Positions 26,390 to 36,206 of a DNA stretch of 40,339 nucleotides are shown piece by piece. The stretch comes from Actinomycetes bacterium (GTDB lineage: Bacteria > Actinomycetota > Thermoleophilia > Gaiellales > Gaiellaceae): NCBI GenBank assembly GCA_031400835.1, contig JANNQQ010000110.1, forward strand, positions 1-40,339, in the 5' to 3' direction. Position 1 is the first letter of the stretch; every line of letters starts with the position of its first letter. The notes below the pieces were generated by a model that made no database searches, was not told the origin of the DNA, and was given only the letters and a program-made list of their open reading frames with translations. A program made the position numbers and the translations under genes.

Positions 26390-27403
26390 TTACGCGGTGA
26401 GGATGGGGACGACCTCGGCGGTCTTGTGGTGAGAAGCGCCACCCGGTGAGGATGCCCAGCTGCCGTGGCGCGCCAGCCAACGCCCGGCGTCCAACGCGGC
26501 CATGCACCCTGAGCCGGCGGCGGTGACCACTTGTCGGTAAACGCGATCGTGAACGTCGCCTGCGGCGAAGACGCCTGGAACGCTCGTGGCCGTGGCCGCG
26601 GTCGCGTCCGGCTTCAAGGTCAGGTACCCATGGCTGTCATGATCGAGGAAGGGTTGGAAGAGCTCGGTCGCCGGCTGGTGGCCGATCGACACGAAGACTC
26701 CGTCGAAGGGCTCCACGTGGTTAACCCCGGTGTGCTCCTCGCAGAGACGCACCCCGGTGACACGCCCGGCCTCGGCGCCGAGGATCTCCTGGATCGTAAA
26801 GGGTTGGAGGAAGGAGATGTTCGGGTGCGCTCGCGCATGCTCGACCATGATCTCGCTGGCCCTGAAGCTGTCCCGACGATGGATCACGACCACCTCGCGG
26901 GCGATCTTGGACAGTGCCATGGCTTGATCCATCGCCGAGTCGCCGCCACCGATCACGGCGACACGCTTGTCCTCGAAGAACGCTCCGTCGCACGCCGCAC
27001 AGTAGGCAACCCCACGGCCGTCGAGCTCGTCCTCCGAGGCCAAGCCAAGTCGCTTGGACGTCGCGCCCGTGGCGATGATGATCGCGTCGGCCTCGACCTC
27101 GGCGCCGTGCCAGCTCAGCCGAAACGGCCACGTCGAGAGATCGATCTCGGTGACGTCTTTGGCGATCAGCTGCGTACCGAAGCGTTCGGCCTGCTCCCGC
27201 AGCCCGAGCATCAGCTCAGGTCCGTCGACTCCCTGGGCGAACCCGGGGTAGTTCTCGACCATGCCGGTGGTCATGATCAGCCCACCCGCCGTGTACCCCT
27301 CAACACAGACGGGACTCAGCTTGGCGCGCGCGGCGTACATCGCCGCGGTGTACCCGGCTGGTCCACCACCGACGATCACGAGTGCGTGGCGTTCGACCGT
27401 CAT
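26390..27403 (-). CDS. trxB: thioredoxin-disulfide reductase
   Basis: GGGPAG.TAA.Y, VENYPG, ATGA, YCAACDG, GGGDSA, HRRD.FRA, FAAGDV, QVVTAAGSG. Confidence 0.93.
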   Translation of the reverse strand: MTVERHALVIVGGGPAGYTAAMYAARAKLSPVCVEGYTAGGLIMTTGMVENYPGFAQGVDGPELMLGLREQAERFGTQLIAKDVTEIDLSTWPFRLSWHGAEVEADAIIIATGATSKRLGLASEDELDGRGVAYCAACDGAFFEDKRVAVIGGGDSAMDQAMALSKIAREVVVIHRRDSFRASEIMVEHARAHPNISFLQPFTIQEILGAEAGRVTGVRLCEEHTGVNHVEPFDGVFVSIGHQPATELFQPFLDHDSHGYLTLKPDATAATATSVPGVFAAGDVHDRVYRQVVTAAGSGCMAALDAGRWLARHGSWASSPGGASHHKTAEVVPILTA

Positions 27404-27930
27404 GCCGCCGCGGGTAGCGTGGCCTGGCCAGGCTCCCAGTCGGCGGGGACGCGCTCGCCGAGGGACAGAGCCCGAAGGACGCGCAAAGGCTCGCTGACGC
27501 TGCGCCCGACGTCGTCATCGTGGATGACTTCGTAGCGGATCACACCCTCGGGATCGATGATGAAGAGCGCCCGGCGAGCAACGCCCTGCTCCTCGATGAG
27601 GACTCCGTAGTCGCGGGCGACCTGCTGTGTCGTATCCGCGGCAAGCGGAAAGTCCAGACGGCCGAGCGCGAACTCGAGCCATGCTTGGTGGCAATGCACG
27701 CTGTCGGTGCTGACCGCGATCAGATCGGCGCCTGCCTCGGCGAAGTCGCTGGTGGCCGCGCTGAACGCCAGCATCTCGGTTGGACAGACGAACGTGAAGT
27801 CGGCCGGGTAGAACAGAAGCACTAGCCAACGGCCGCGATGGTCGTCGAGCGAGACCGGCTCATCGAGGCGGTCGAGGTTCTTGGTGCTCTTGAGTGTGAA
27901 GCCGGGTGCGGGAGTTCCGATGAGAGTCAT
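27400..27930 (-). CDS. AhpC/TSA-type peroxiredoxin lacking the usual C-terminal resolving Cys
   Basis: FYPADFTFVCPTE, S.DS, FIIDP.G, GR...E. C-terminus reads RVPADW instead of VCPA.W. Start is 27930 or 27942. Confidence 0.9.
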   Translation of the reverse strand: MTLIGTPAPGFTLKSTKNLDRLDEPVSLDDHRGRWLVLLFYPADFTFVCPTEMLAFSAATSDFAEAGADLIAVSTDSVHCHQAWLEFALGRLDFPLAADTTQQVARDYGVLIEEQGVARRALFIIDPEGVIRYEVIHDDDVGRSVSEPLRVLRALSLGERVPADWEPGQATLPAAA

Positions 27931-27938
27931 GACTCTGG

Positions 27939-27965
27939 TCATCGGCCGAGAAGCAACCAGATTGA
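27939..27965 (-). promoter_or_regulatory. putative sigma28 (FliA/WhiG-type) promoter
   Basis: Minus strand reads TCAA-N15-GCCGATGA, versus the consensus TAAA-N15-GCCGATAA. Confidence 0.55.
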
Positions 27966-28053
27966 GGGCGGCGCGAGTGCGCTTCAGATCACGTGGATAC
28001 GCCTGTTCCGCAGACGAGCGCGGCTCGGTGAAACTCTAAAAGATGAGTGCCTC

Positions 28054-29262
28054 TTAGACGATCTGCCAGGCCCCGCCGCGGAGGAGTGGTACGGCAGCGC
28101 CATCGGCGGTGATCCCGTCGATATCGAGGTCGGGTGAGCCGATCATGAAGTCGACGTGGATCCGGCTGTGGTTGATGAGTGCTTTGTCCTCGACGCTCTC
28201 GACTCCGAGGTCGTAGGCGCTTCCGAGCGCGATGTGGCTTGCAGAGTTCTCGTCGATCAGCGTGTCGCAGAAGACGGTGCCAAGCGGACCGATGCGGCCT
28301 TCGCCATCGACGAGCGCGAGCTCGCCGAGACGAGAGGCTCCCTCGTCCGAGGCGGCGATGCTGCGGAGCGTATCGGCGCCACTATCCGCGTCGAACCGAA
28401 CCGCCTTCCCACCGCTGAACTCGACCCGGATCCCGTCCATCATCGACCCGTACACCTCGAGCGGGCGGGTCGCGGTGACGTGACCGTCGACCCTGAGCGG
28501 GTCAGGGGTGGTGAACATCTCCTCCGAGGGAATGTTCGGGAAGTGGCGGAGGCCGTCGACGGTGACGAAGTCCGCCGCGTGCCAGACAGACGACCCGAAG
28601 AGCCCAACTGTGAGATCAGTGCCAGGCCCGTGAAGCCTGATGGCGTCGAAGCGCCGCTCGGTGAGACGCGCGGCGATGAGCTCGAGCGTCTGCGCCCGAT
28701 CGCGCCAGGCCTGCGCGGGGTCGGGCTCGTCGAGCCGGCAGATGTGCGCCATCGCGTCCCAGAGTGCGTCGAAGGCCTCCTCTTCGGTGAGACCGGGATA
28801 CACGAGCTTTGCCCAACCGACGGTAGGCGCCGGCGCCACGCACCAGTTCGTCGTCATCCGGTTGACGACCTCGCCCGAGTTCGGGAGATAGGGCAACAGG
28901 TCGCGGCCGGTTCGGGCCGGGTCGACACCGTCGAGCGCCTCCGGGGAGGACGGACCGTTGAGAGCAATGCGCGCTGCATGCTCATCCGAGAACCACTCCA
29001 GCCGGTCGACCATCCACGGGGGAACGAACTCCAGCGTCTCATCGGCGGCGTGAACGAGACGCTCGCGCTTCACCCACGGGTCGGTTACGAGGACGTCCAC
29101 CCATTTGGCGCCATGCTCATACGCAGCGCGCGCGACTTCACGCGTCAACGCCTCCTTCCCGGAGTACGTCGTGATCGCCACTATCTGACCGGGCTGGACG
29201 TTGGCGCCGAACCCAACGATCAGGTCGGCGAGGCGGCGGTTGAGATCGGAGTAGTCGCGCAT
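28054..29262 (-). CDS. M29-family aminopeptidase (AmpS/PepS/AmpT-like)
   Basis: GANVQPGQ, GTDL, NIPSEE.FT.P, LGELALV, DEN..SHIALG.AY, N.S..H.DFMIG. ATG 29262 lies 6 nt after TATGCT. Confidence 0.92.
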   Translation of the reverse strand: MRDYSDLNRRLADLIVGFGANVQPGQIVAITTYSGKEALTREVARAAYEHGAKWVDVLVTDPWVKRERLVHAADETLEFVPPWMVDRLEWFSDEHAARIALNGPSSPEALDGVDPARTGRDLLPYLPNSGEVVNRMTTNWCVAPAPTVGWAKLVYPGLTEEEAFDALWDAMAHICRLDEPDPAQAWRDRAQTLELIAARLTERRFDAIRLHGPGTDLTVGLFGSSVWHAADFVTVDGLRHFPNIPSEEMFTTPDPLRVDGHVTATRPLEVYGSMMDGIRVEFSGGKAVRFDADSGADTLRSIAASDEGASRLGELALVDGEGRIGPLGTVFCDTLIDENSASHIALGSAYDLGVESVEDKALINHSRIHVDFMIGSPDLDIDGITADGAAVPLLRGGAWQIV

Positions 29263-29321
29263 CGCCGGAGCATAGAGGCATCGCCGCCCAGAAACCGACA
29301 ACGGCAGCGACAATGGGCGTG

Positions 29322-30017
29322 ATGAGACTCAACGCCTATCTCGCCCGCGCTGGCGTTGCGTCGCGTCGTGCCTCCGACGAGCTCATCAAGGCAGGGCGCG
29401 TCGTCGTCAATGGAAAGCCCGGTGCGCTCAATACCGTCGTTGCGTCGGGCGATCGAGTCGAGGTCGATGGGCAGTCGGTAGCCAGCCAGGAGCTGCGGTA
29501 CGTCTTGCTCCACAAGCCGCGCTACGTGGTGGCTACTGCGTCAGATCCCGAAAAGCGGCCGACGGTCGTCGATCTGGTTGGTGGTGACACGAGGGTCATG
29601 CCAGTTGGGCGTCTTGACTTCACTACGACGGGCCTTCTGCTCCTGATGAACGACGGGCCGCTCGCTCATCGACTTGCGCATCCGAGCTTTGAGGTTGAGA
29701 AGACGTACATCGTGGACGTCGAGGGCTCTCCTTCGGCCAGCGTCATCCGCGCGCTCGCCCGTGGGGTCGTCCTCGAAGACGGGAAGACGGCTCCGGCGAA
29801 GGTCGAACGTGTTGGTCTCACGCGCCTGAGGATCGTTCTCCACGAGGGGAGAAACCGGCAGATCCGGCGCATGTGCGACGCAGTCGGGCATCCCGCGACG
29901 AGCCTCCATCGTTCCGGCTACGCGGGGCTTGAGCTCGGCAGCCTGAAGCCGGGCGCCTGGCGCAATCTCACGCGTGACGAGATTGCGGCGCTCCGGGTGT
30001 TGACGGGCATCGCGTAG
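29322..30017 (+). CDS. rluB: RsuA/RluB-family pseudouridine synthase
   Basis: S4 domain RLNAYLARAGVASRR, PVGRLD..T.GLLL..NDG, EGRNRQIRRM. Confidence 0.9.
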   Translation: MRLNAYLARAGVASRRASDELIKAGRVVVNGKPGALNTVVASGDRVEVDGQSVASQELRYVLLHKPRYVVATASDPEKRPTVVDLVGGDTRVMPVGRLDFTTTGLLLLMNDGPLAHRLAHPSFEVEKTYIVDVEGSPSASVIRALARGVVLEDGKTAPAKVERVGLTRLRIVLHEGRNRQIRRMCDAVGHPATSLHRSGYAGLELGSLKPGAWRNLTRDEIAALRVLTGIA

Positions 30018-30031
30018 GCCGCGGCGCGGGC

Positions 30032-31018
30032 CTACGGCGTGAGGCGCACGAAACCCATGCGCTCGTACATCGAGGCGAGCGTCGGCGCTGCCGCGGTCGC
30101 AGCCTTGTCGGCACCGAGCTTGAGTGACGCGAGTAGCCCGGGCTCGTCCGCTCGAAGCGCTTCGTAGCGTTCGCGAATCGGCGTCAACAGGTCGACGACG
30201 GCTTCGCCGACGTCGGTCTTCAGCTGGCCGTACCCAGCGCCCTCGTAGCTCTGCTCGACCTCGTCTGGCGTCCGGTCGGTCGCGACCGAGAGGATGTCGA
30301 TCAGGTTGGAGATCCCGGGCTTGTCGAGTGCGCGGCGGATCTCACGCTCCGAGTCGGTCACTGCGGTCTTGAACTTCTTGCGGATGACGTCCGGTGGGTC
30401 GAGGAGCCGCACCGTTCCCTGCTCCGTTCCACCCGTGGTCGACATCTTTCGTGTGGGCTCCTGGAGATCCATGATCCGTGCGCCGACCTCGGGGTAGACC
30501 CCCTCGGGGAGGACGAACGTCTGTCCAAAGCGGCTGTTGAATCGCCCGGCGATATCGCGGGCGAGTTCGAGGTGCTGTCGCTGGTCGTCGCCGATGGGAA
30601 CCTGATTGGTCTGATAGAGAAGAATGTCGCCCGCCATCAGGATCGGATAGGTGAAGAGGCCAGCCGCAATAAAATCGCGCTGCTCACCCTTGTCCTTGAA
30701 CTGCGTCATGCGGCCCAACTGGCCGTAGCTTGTGACGGCAGACAGCAGCCACGCTGCCTCCGCGTGCGCAACGACATGACTCTGCGCGAACACGGCTGAA
30801 CGCTCCGGATCGAGCCCGGTGGCAAACAGCATTGCGGTCAGGTCGAGGGTCTGCTCGCGGAGCTCTCGGGGATCGTGCTCGACCGTGATCGAGTGCAGGT
30901 CGACAATGCAGAAGAACGCCTCGCCGAGTTCCTGCGTGCGTGCGTACTGACGAAAGCCGCCGATGAGGTTGCCGAGGTGCTTGGCACCCGTGGGTTGGAT
31001 TCCGGAGAAGATTCGCAC
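30032..31018 (-). CDS. trpS: tryptophan--tRNA ligase
   Basis: FSGIQPTG..HLGN, DLHSIT, YP.LMA.DIL, G.DQ.QHLE..RD, KMS motif. Confidence 0.96.
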   Translation of the reverse strand: MRIFSGIQPTGAKHLGNLIGGFRQYARTQELGEAFFCIVDLHSITVEHDPRELREQTLDLTAMLFATGLDPERSAVFAQSHVVAHAEAAWLLSAVTSYGQLGRMTQFKDKGEQRDFIAAGLFTYPILMAGDILLYQTNQVPIGDDQRQHLELARDIAGRFNSRFGQTFVLPEGVYPEVGARIMDLQEPTRKMSTTGGTEQGTVRLLDPPDVIRKKFKTAVTDSEREIRRALDKPGISNLIDILSVATDRTPDEVEQSYEGAGYGQLKTDVGEAVVDLLTPIRERYEALRADEPGLLASLKLGADKAATAAAPTLASMYERMGFVRLTP

Positions 31019-31025
31019 TCCGTCC

Positions 31026-31072
31026 GTTCTAGCCGTTTTGACGAGAGGCGTCAAAACACTGCCATCTAGACT
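31026..31072. promoter_or_regulatory. divergent promoters of trpS and DAHP synthase with a perfect 9-bp inverted repeat
   Basis: GTTTTGACG-AGAGG-CGTCAAAAC at 31035-31057. Minus strand TTGACG-17-TAGAAC, 7 nt before the trpS GTG. Plus strand TAGACT, 6 nt before ATG 31079. Confidence 0.6.
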
Positions 31073-31078
31073 TGTGTG

Positions 31079-32434
31079 ATGGCCACGACTGAATCGACCT
31101 GGACGCCTGGCTCATGGCGGGCGCTGCCGACGCTACAGCAGCCGGGCTGGCCCGACCCAGCCGCGCTTGAGGCGGCTCGGACGCGCCTCGGACAGCTGCC
31201 GCCGCTCGTGTTCGCTGGCGAGGCCCGCGCTCTGCGTCGTGCACTAGGAGAGGCGGCGGAGGGGCGAGCCCTCGTCCTGCAGGCCGGCGACTGCGCCGAG
31301 TCGTTCCGTGACGTTTCGGCGATCGCCATTCGCGAGCGCCTCAAGGTTCTCCTTCAGATGTCTGCGGTCCTTACCTATGGCGCGACCTTGCCGGTGGTGA
31401 AGATCGGGCGCATCGCTGGCCAGTTCGCGAAGCCACGTTCGTCTGACACCGAGTTCGTCGATGGTGTCGAGCTGCCCTCCTTTCGCGGGCATGCGGTGCA
31501 CGCGGACGAGGCCACCCTCGCAGCGCGGCAGCCCGATCCCGACCGACTTATCCAGGCGTACTACCAGGCCGTCTCGACGCTCAACCTCCTGCGCGCCTTC
31601 ACGAAGGGCGGTTTCGCCGACCTGACCCAGGTACACACGTGGAACCAGGAGTTCGTTGCGTCATCGCTCGCGGGCCAGCGCTATGAGGTGATCGCGAATG
31701 AGATCGGACGTGCTCTGCGCTTCATGCAGGCGATCGGGATCGATCTCGGTGACGAGCGCTCGATCCATGAGGTCGACATCTGGACCTGTCACGAGGCGCT
31801 GTTGCTCGACTACGAAGAGCCGCTCGTGCGCAAGGACTCGACCACGGGCGACTGGTACGCGTGCTCGGCTCACTTCCTGTGGGTCGGTGAGCGGACACGT
31901 CAGCTCGACGGCGCCCACGTGGAGTTTCTCTCGGGGGTGCACAACCCGATCGGTTGCAAGGTCGGCCCGGAGGCAACGCCTGATGAGGTCGTGGCACTTG
32001 TCGAACGGTTGAATCCCGACCGGATTCCCGGAAGGCTCACGCTCATTGCGCGGCTTGGCGCCGACCGGGTAACGGAGCTTCTCCCACCCCTCTTGCGGGC
32101 CGTCCGCGAGACCGGAGTGCCTGTCCTTTGGATCTGCGATCCGATGCACGCCAACGGGTTCCTGTCGTCATCCGGACACAAGACTCGGCGCTTCGATGAC
32201 ATTCTGCGGGAGATAGAGGGGTTCTTCTCGGCCCATCGAGAGGTCGGGACATGGCCAGGCGGCGTGCACCTTGAGATCACAGGCGAGGACGTGACCGAGT
32301 GTCTTGGCGGCTCGCACGATGTCAGCGAGGCTCAGCTGGAGCATCGATACGAGACCCTTTGTGATCCCCGCCTCAACGTCCGTCAGTCGCTCGATCTTGC
32401 GTTCCGCGTTGCCGAGCTCATGCGAGGCTCTTGA
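31079..32434 (+). CDS. 3-deoxy-7-phosphoheptulonate (DAHP) synthase, class II
   Basis: QQP.WPD, LQ.GDCAESF, GRIAGQFAKPRS, HEALLL.YE, WVGERTRQ, CDPMH.N, CDPRLN. Confidence 0.96.
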   Translation: MATTESTWTPGSWRALPTLQQPGWPDPAALEAARTRLGQLPPLVFAGEARALRRALGEAAEGRALVLQAGDCAESFRDVSAIAIRERLKVLLQMSAVLTYGATLPVVKIGRIAGQFAKPRSSDTEFVDGVELPSFRGHAVHADEATLAARQPDPDRLIQAYYQAVSTLNLLRAFTKGGFADLTQVHTWNQEFVASSLAGQRYEVIANEIGRALRFMQAIGIDLGDERSIHEVDIWTCHEALLLDYEEPLVRKDSTTGDWYACSAHFLWVGERTRQLDGAHVEFLSGVHNPIGCKVGPEATPDEVVALVERLNPDRIPGRLTLIARLGADRVTELLPPLLRAVRETGVPVLWICDPMHANGFLSSSGHKTRRFDDILREIEGFFSAHREVGTWPGGVHLEITGEDVTECLGGSHDVSEAQLEHRYETLCDPRLNVRQSLDLAFRVAELMRGS

Positions 32435-32480
32435 CGGCTTCGGCCGGCAAGAACCGCAAGACAGGACGGGTGGTTGAGGC

Positions 32481-33575
32481 GTGATTCGGCGGCTGTGCGT
32501 GATCGGGACAGGGCTCATTGGAGCGTCGGCGGCGCTTGCCGCGCGTCGTGCCGGTGTCGAAACCGTGAGTGGCTGGGACCCTGATTCCGAGGCGCTCACC
32601 ATCGCAGCCGACAACGGCGCGGTGACGGCTAAAGCCAGCCTCGCCGAGGCGCTCATCGACGCGGAGCTTGCCATCATCGCCGCGCCTGTGGCCGAGCTAC
32701 CGGAGCTTGTCCGCGTCGTCCTTGAGAACGCGCCTGCCGACTGCGCCGTCACCGATGTCGGCTCGACCAAGGGCTCGATAGTCGCTGCCGCGGGCGGTGA
32801 CGGCCGCTTCGTCGGTGGGCATCCGATCTGCGGTGCGGAGACGCGTGGGCCGGGTCGCGCCACGGCTGAGCTCTTTGACGGAGCCACCTGGTTCCTCTCT
32901 CCGGTCGCGTCGACCCCACCCGAACGGTTCCGGCTGCTTCACGCCTTCGTCGCCGCTCTCGGTGCGCGCCCCGTGGCAATTGACCCCGGCGCGCACGACC
33001 GCCTCGTTGCGGTGACGAGCCACCTCCCTCACGCTCTTTCGAATGCGCTCATCAACCAGGCGGGCGAGGCGCGGATCGATGGCCACGATCCGCTTCAGGC
33101 GGCTGGTGGCTCATTGCGTGACATGACGCGGATCGCGGGTGCGAACCCGCGCATCTGGGTGGACATCTTTCTCGACAACAAGGAGGCCGTCCTCGCCGCG
33201 CTCGGAGAGCACAGACGCCGTGTCGAGCAGTTCGAGGCCGCATTGCATGAGGGTGATGCAGGGTCGATCGCCCGCTGGATCGGTGAGGCCGCCGGCAACC
33301 GGCGTCGCATGCTCGCGACGGCTTTCGACGATCCCGGTGCGCTCCAACGGCTGCGAGTGCACATCCCCGACCGGCCGGGTGTGCTCGCCGGCATCTTCCA
33401 GGCGCTTGGCGCAGACCGGATCAACGTCGCCGACTTCGAGTTCGAGCACCTCTCGCACGACCGAGGCGGAACGCTCACAATCCTCGTGGCAGGCGAAGAA
33501 GAGGCGCAGAGAACCGCCGATCTGCTTGAGGCCCAAGGGTATGGCGTGGTAGTCGCGCCGGTGATTGACCAATGA
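32481..33575 (+). CDS. tyrA: prephenate dehydrogenase with ACT domain
   Basis: IGTGLIG.S, TDVGSTK, GGHP..G.E, HD..VA..SHLPH, RDMTRIA, C-terminal PDRPG ACT domain. Confidence 0.93.
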   Translation: MIRRLCVIGTGLIGASAALAARRAGVETVSGWDPDSEALTIAADNGAVTAKASLAEALIDAELAIIAAPVAELPELVRVVLENAPADCAVTDVGSTKGSIVAAAGGDGRFVGGHPICGAETRGPGRATAELFDGATWFLSPVASTPPERFRLLHAFVAALGARPVAIDPGAHDRLVAVTSHLPHALSNALINQAGEARIDGHDPLQAAGGSLRDMTRIAGANPRIWVDIFLDNKEAVLAALGEHRRRVEQFEAALHEGDAGSIARWIGEAAGNRRRMLATAFDDPGALQRLRVHIPDRPGVLAGIFQALGADRINVADFEFEHLSHDRGGTLTILVAGEEEAQRTADLLEAQGYGVVVAPVIDQ

Positions 33576-34915
33576 GCCACTCCGTAGCGGACGCCGTCGT
33601 CATCGAGCCTGTCGCGCATCTCTTTGGACATCTCGAGGTCCCCGGCGACAAGTCGATCTCCCACCGCTCCGTGTTGATTGGAGCGATCTGCGACGGCGAG
33701 ACCCACATCACCGGCTTCGGTCGCTCTGAAGACACCGAGGCAACGATCGCAGCGGTTCGCGCCTGTGGAGTGGAGGTGTACGAGCACGGCCACGATACGT
33801 TGCGCGTCTTCGGTGTCGGTCTCCGCGGGCTCAAGCAGCCATCGGGGCCTATCGACTGTCGCAACGCGGGAACCCTCGTCCGTCTCTTCGCCGGGATCCT
33901 TGCTGGACAGGAGAACAAGGAGTTCGAGCTTGCGGGCGACGCGTCATTGAGCTCGCGGCCGATGGGTCGCGTTGCCGAGCCGCTCGCCTTGATGGGAGCG
34001 GGGATCGAGACTGCGGAGGGTCGACTACCGCTTCAGATTCAGGGTCGGCCTCTCACCGCGATCAGCTACGTCCTCCCGGTGGCGAGCGCCCAGATCAAGT
34101 CTGCGATCCTTCTGGCGGGCCTGTATGCGACTGGCGATGAGACCACAGTTGTCGAGCCAGCGCCAACGCGCGATCACACCGAGCGCATGCTTGAGGCTGC
34201 TGGCGCGACCGTGGTGCGCTTCGAATCGAGCGTCTCGGTCGAACCGGTCGAGCGGCTGTCGCTCGGCGAGGTCGAGATTCCAGGCGATTTCTCGTCGGCG
34301 GCTCCATTCATCGTCGCGGCGACGCTCATTCCGGGGTCAGAGATTCATCTCCATGGCATCAACCTCAACCCCCGTCGCACGGGTCTGCTGGACATCCTGC
34401 GGCGGATGGGCGCGAACATCAACGTCTACAACAAGCGCGAGATCGGCGGCGAGCCCGGTGGCGATCTTGAGATCCATTCGGCACCGCTCGTGGGTACAAC
34501 GGTTGAGAGGGCAGAGGTGCCAATCACGATCGACGAGCTGCCGCTCTTTGCGCTCGCTGCTGCTTACGCACGTGGCCCGAGCATCCTTCGCGACGCCGCC
34601 GAGCTACGGGCAAAGGAGACCGACCGGATCGAGGCGACCGTCGATGCTCTCAAGGCCCTCGGGGCGCGGGTCCGCGGCACCAAGGACGGCTTCGTCGTGA
34701 CGGGTGTCCCAACCCGGCTTCGTGGCGGTCGCATCGAGAGCCGGGGCGACCATCGGATCGCCATGCTCGGCGCGATCGCCGGCCTTGCTTCGGCCGACGG
34801 AGTCAGGGTCGAGGGTGCATCGGCGGTGTCGGTGAGCTTCCCTGGCTTCTTCGAGATGCTCGAGACGCTGCGCGTCGAGTCGGACGCTTTGCTCGTCGAG
34901 GACGAGCGTCGATGA
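33572..34915 (+). CDS. aroA: 3-phosphoshikimate 1-carboxyvinyltransferase
   Basis: PGDKSISHR, N.GT..R, RPM.RV, SAQ.KSA, RDHTE, KETDRI, DHRIAM. Confidence 0.97.
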   Translation: MSHSVADAVVIEPVAHLFGHLEVPGDKSISHRSVLIGAICDGETHITGFGRSEDTEATIAAVRACGVEVYEHGHDTLRVFGVGLRGLKQPSGPIDCRNAGTLVRLFAGILAGQENKEFELAGDASLSSRPMGRVAEPLALMGAGIETAEGRLPLQIQGRPLTAISYVLPVASAQIKSAILLAGLYATGDETTVVEPAPTRDHTERMLEAAGATVVRFESSVSVEPVERLSLGEVEIPGDFSSAAPFIVAATLIPGSEIHLHGINLNPRRTGLLDILRRMGANINVYNKREIGGEPGGDLEIHSAPLVGTTVERAEVPITIDELPLFALAAAYARGPSILRDAAELRAKETDRIEATVDALKALGARVRGTKDGFVVTGVPTRLRGGRIESRGDHRIAMLGAIAGLASADGVRVEGASAVSVSFPGFFEMLETLRVESDALLVEDERR

Positions 34916-35538
34916 TCATTGCGATCGACGGTCCCGCAGGGGCGGGGAAGAGCAGCGTTGCGCGTGCCGTCGCGGAGCGTCTTGGCTTTCGCTATCTCGA
35001 CACAGGTGCGATGTATCGGGCGCTCACCTGGCTCGCGCTGCACGAAGGAGTCCCACTCGACGACACCCAGGGTCTCGCGCGACTCGCCGTGAGCCAGCCC
35101 GTCACGTTCGACGGCGACGGTGCCGTCGATATTGGTGGCAACGATGTGACTGCGGCGATCCGTCAGCCCGAGATCGACGCAGCCGTCCCCGTCGTCGCCC
35201 GCCACGAGGAGGTGCGTGCTGTGATGCGCGAGCGCCAACGCGAGCTCGGCCGCCTGGGTGACGTCGTGATCGAGGGGCGCGACATCGGTGTGGTCGTCGT
35301 CCCTGGTGCGCGTCTGAAGATCTGGCTGACCGCTGAGCCGGAGGTACGCGCGCAGCGGCGTCACGCCGAGCGAGACGGAATCCCCGCGACCGTGCTGGCC
35401 GACGAGCTACGGCGGCGTGACGAGCGCGATGCGGTCAACACCCATCGTGCCTCCGATGCAGTTGATGTCGACACGACCGAGCTCACCCTCGATGAGGTCG
35501 TCGCCCTGATCGGCGACCTCGTGGAGGAGCGGCGATGA
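34912..35538 (+). CDS. cmk: cytidylate kinase
   Basis: IAIDGPAGAGKS, DTGAMYR, EGRDIG, RD.RD. Confidence 0.96.
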   Translation: MIIAIDGPAGAGKSSVARAVAERLGFRYLDTGAMYRALTWLALHEGVPLDDTQGLARLAVSQPVTFDGDGAVDIGGNDVTAAIRQPEIDAAVPVVARHEEVRAVMRERQRELGRLGDVVIEGRDIGVVVVPGARLKIWLTAEPEVRAQRRHAERDGIPATVLADELRRRDERDAVNTHRASDAVDVDTTELTLDEVVALIGDLVEERR

Positions 35539-36206
35539 ACGTCGTCGATGTGACCTGGAAGCTCGGCCGCGTCACGGTTCACCCCCTCATCAAGACGTTC
35601 GCGCGGGTGAAGGTGTACGGCAAGGAGAACGTCCCGGTCGAGGGAGGCTGCGTCCTTGCGTGCAATCACTTCTCATGGGTCGATCCGCCTGTGCTGGCGA
35701 TCGGCTCGCCGCGCAACGTCTACTTCATGGCCAAGATCGAGGCCCATCGTGTCCCCGGGCTCGGGAGCGCCATTCGTGCTTTCGGGACGTTTCCTGTGCA
35801 CCGAGGCGAGTCCGATCGCGAGGCGGTGCGCACGATGCGGCGGGTGGTTTCGGAAGGGAAGGCACTCGGGCTTTTCGTCGAAGGCACCCGGCAGTTGAGC
35901 GGCGTTCCGGGCGAGGTTCAGCCAGGCGCAGCGATGGTCGCAATCCAGGAGGGCGTCCCCATCATTCCCGCCGCGATCCACGGTTCGCAGACCTGGAGGT
36001 TTGGCAACTTCCACCCGGTCTCGATCGCGTGGGGCGAGCCGATGATGTTCGACGGCCTGCCAAAGGGCGGGAAGGGATACAAGGAGGCGTCGTTGATCCT
36101 CCAGACCGAGATTCGACGTTTGTTCGACGGGTTGGTCGAGCTGCATGCACGAGGTCGCAGGGTGCCTTCGCCTGAGGCGAAGTCACCTAGAAAGACTCAA
36201 CCGTGA
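35535..36206 (+). CDS. plsC: 1-acyl-sn-glycerol-3-phosphate acyltransferase
   Basis: NHFSWVD (HX4D), FMAK, F.EGTR. Confidence 0.9.
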   Translation: MNVVDVTWKLGRVTVHPLIKTFARVKVYGKENVPVEGGCVLACNHFSWVDPPVLAIGSPRNVYFMAKIEAHRVPGLGSAIRAFGTFPVHRGESDREAVRTMRRVVSEGKALGLFVEGTRQLSGVPGEVQPGAAMVAIQEGVPIIPAAIHGSQTWRFGNFHPVSIAWGEPMMFDGLPKGGKGYKEASLILQTEIRRLFDGLVELHARGRRVPSPEAKSPRKTQP

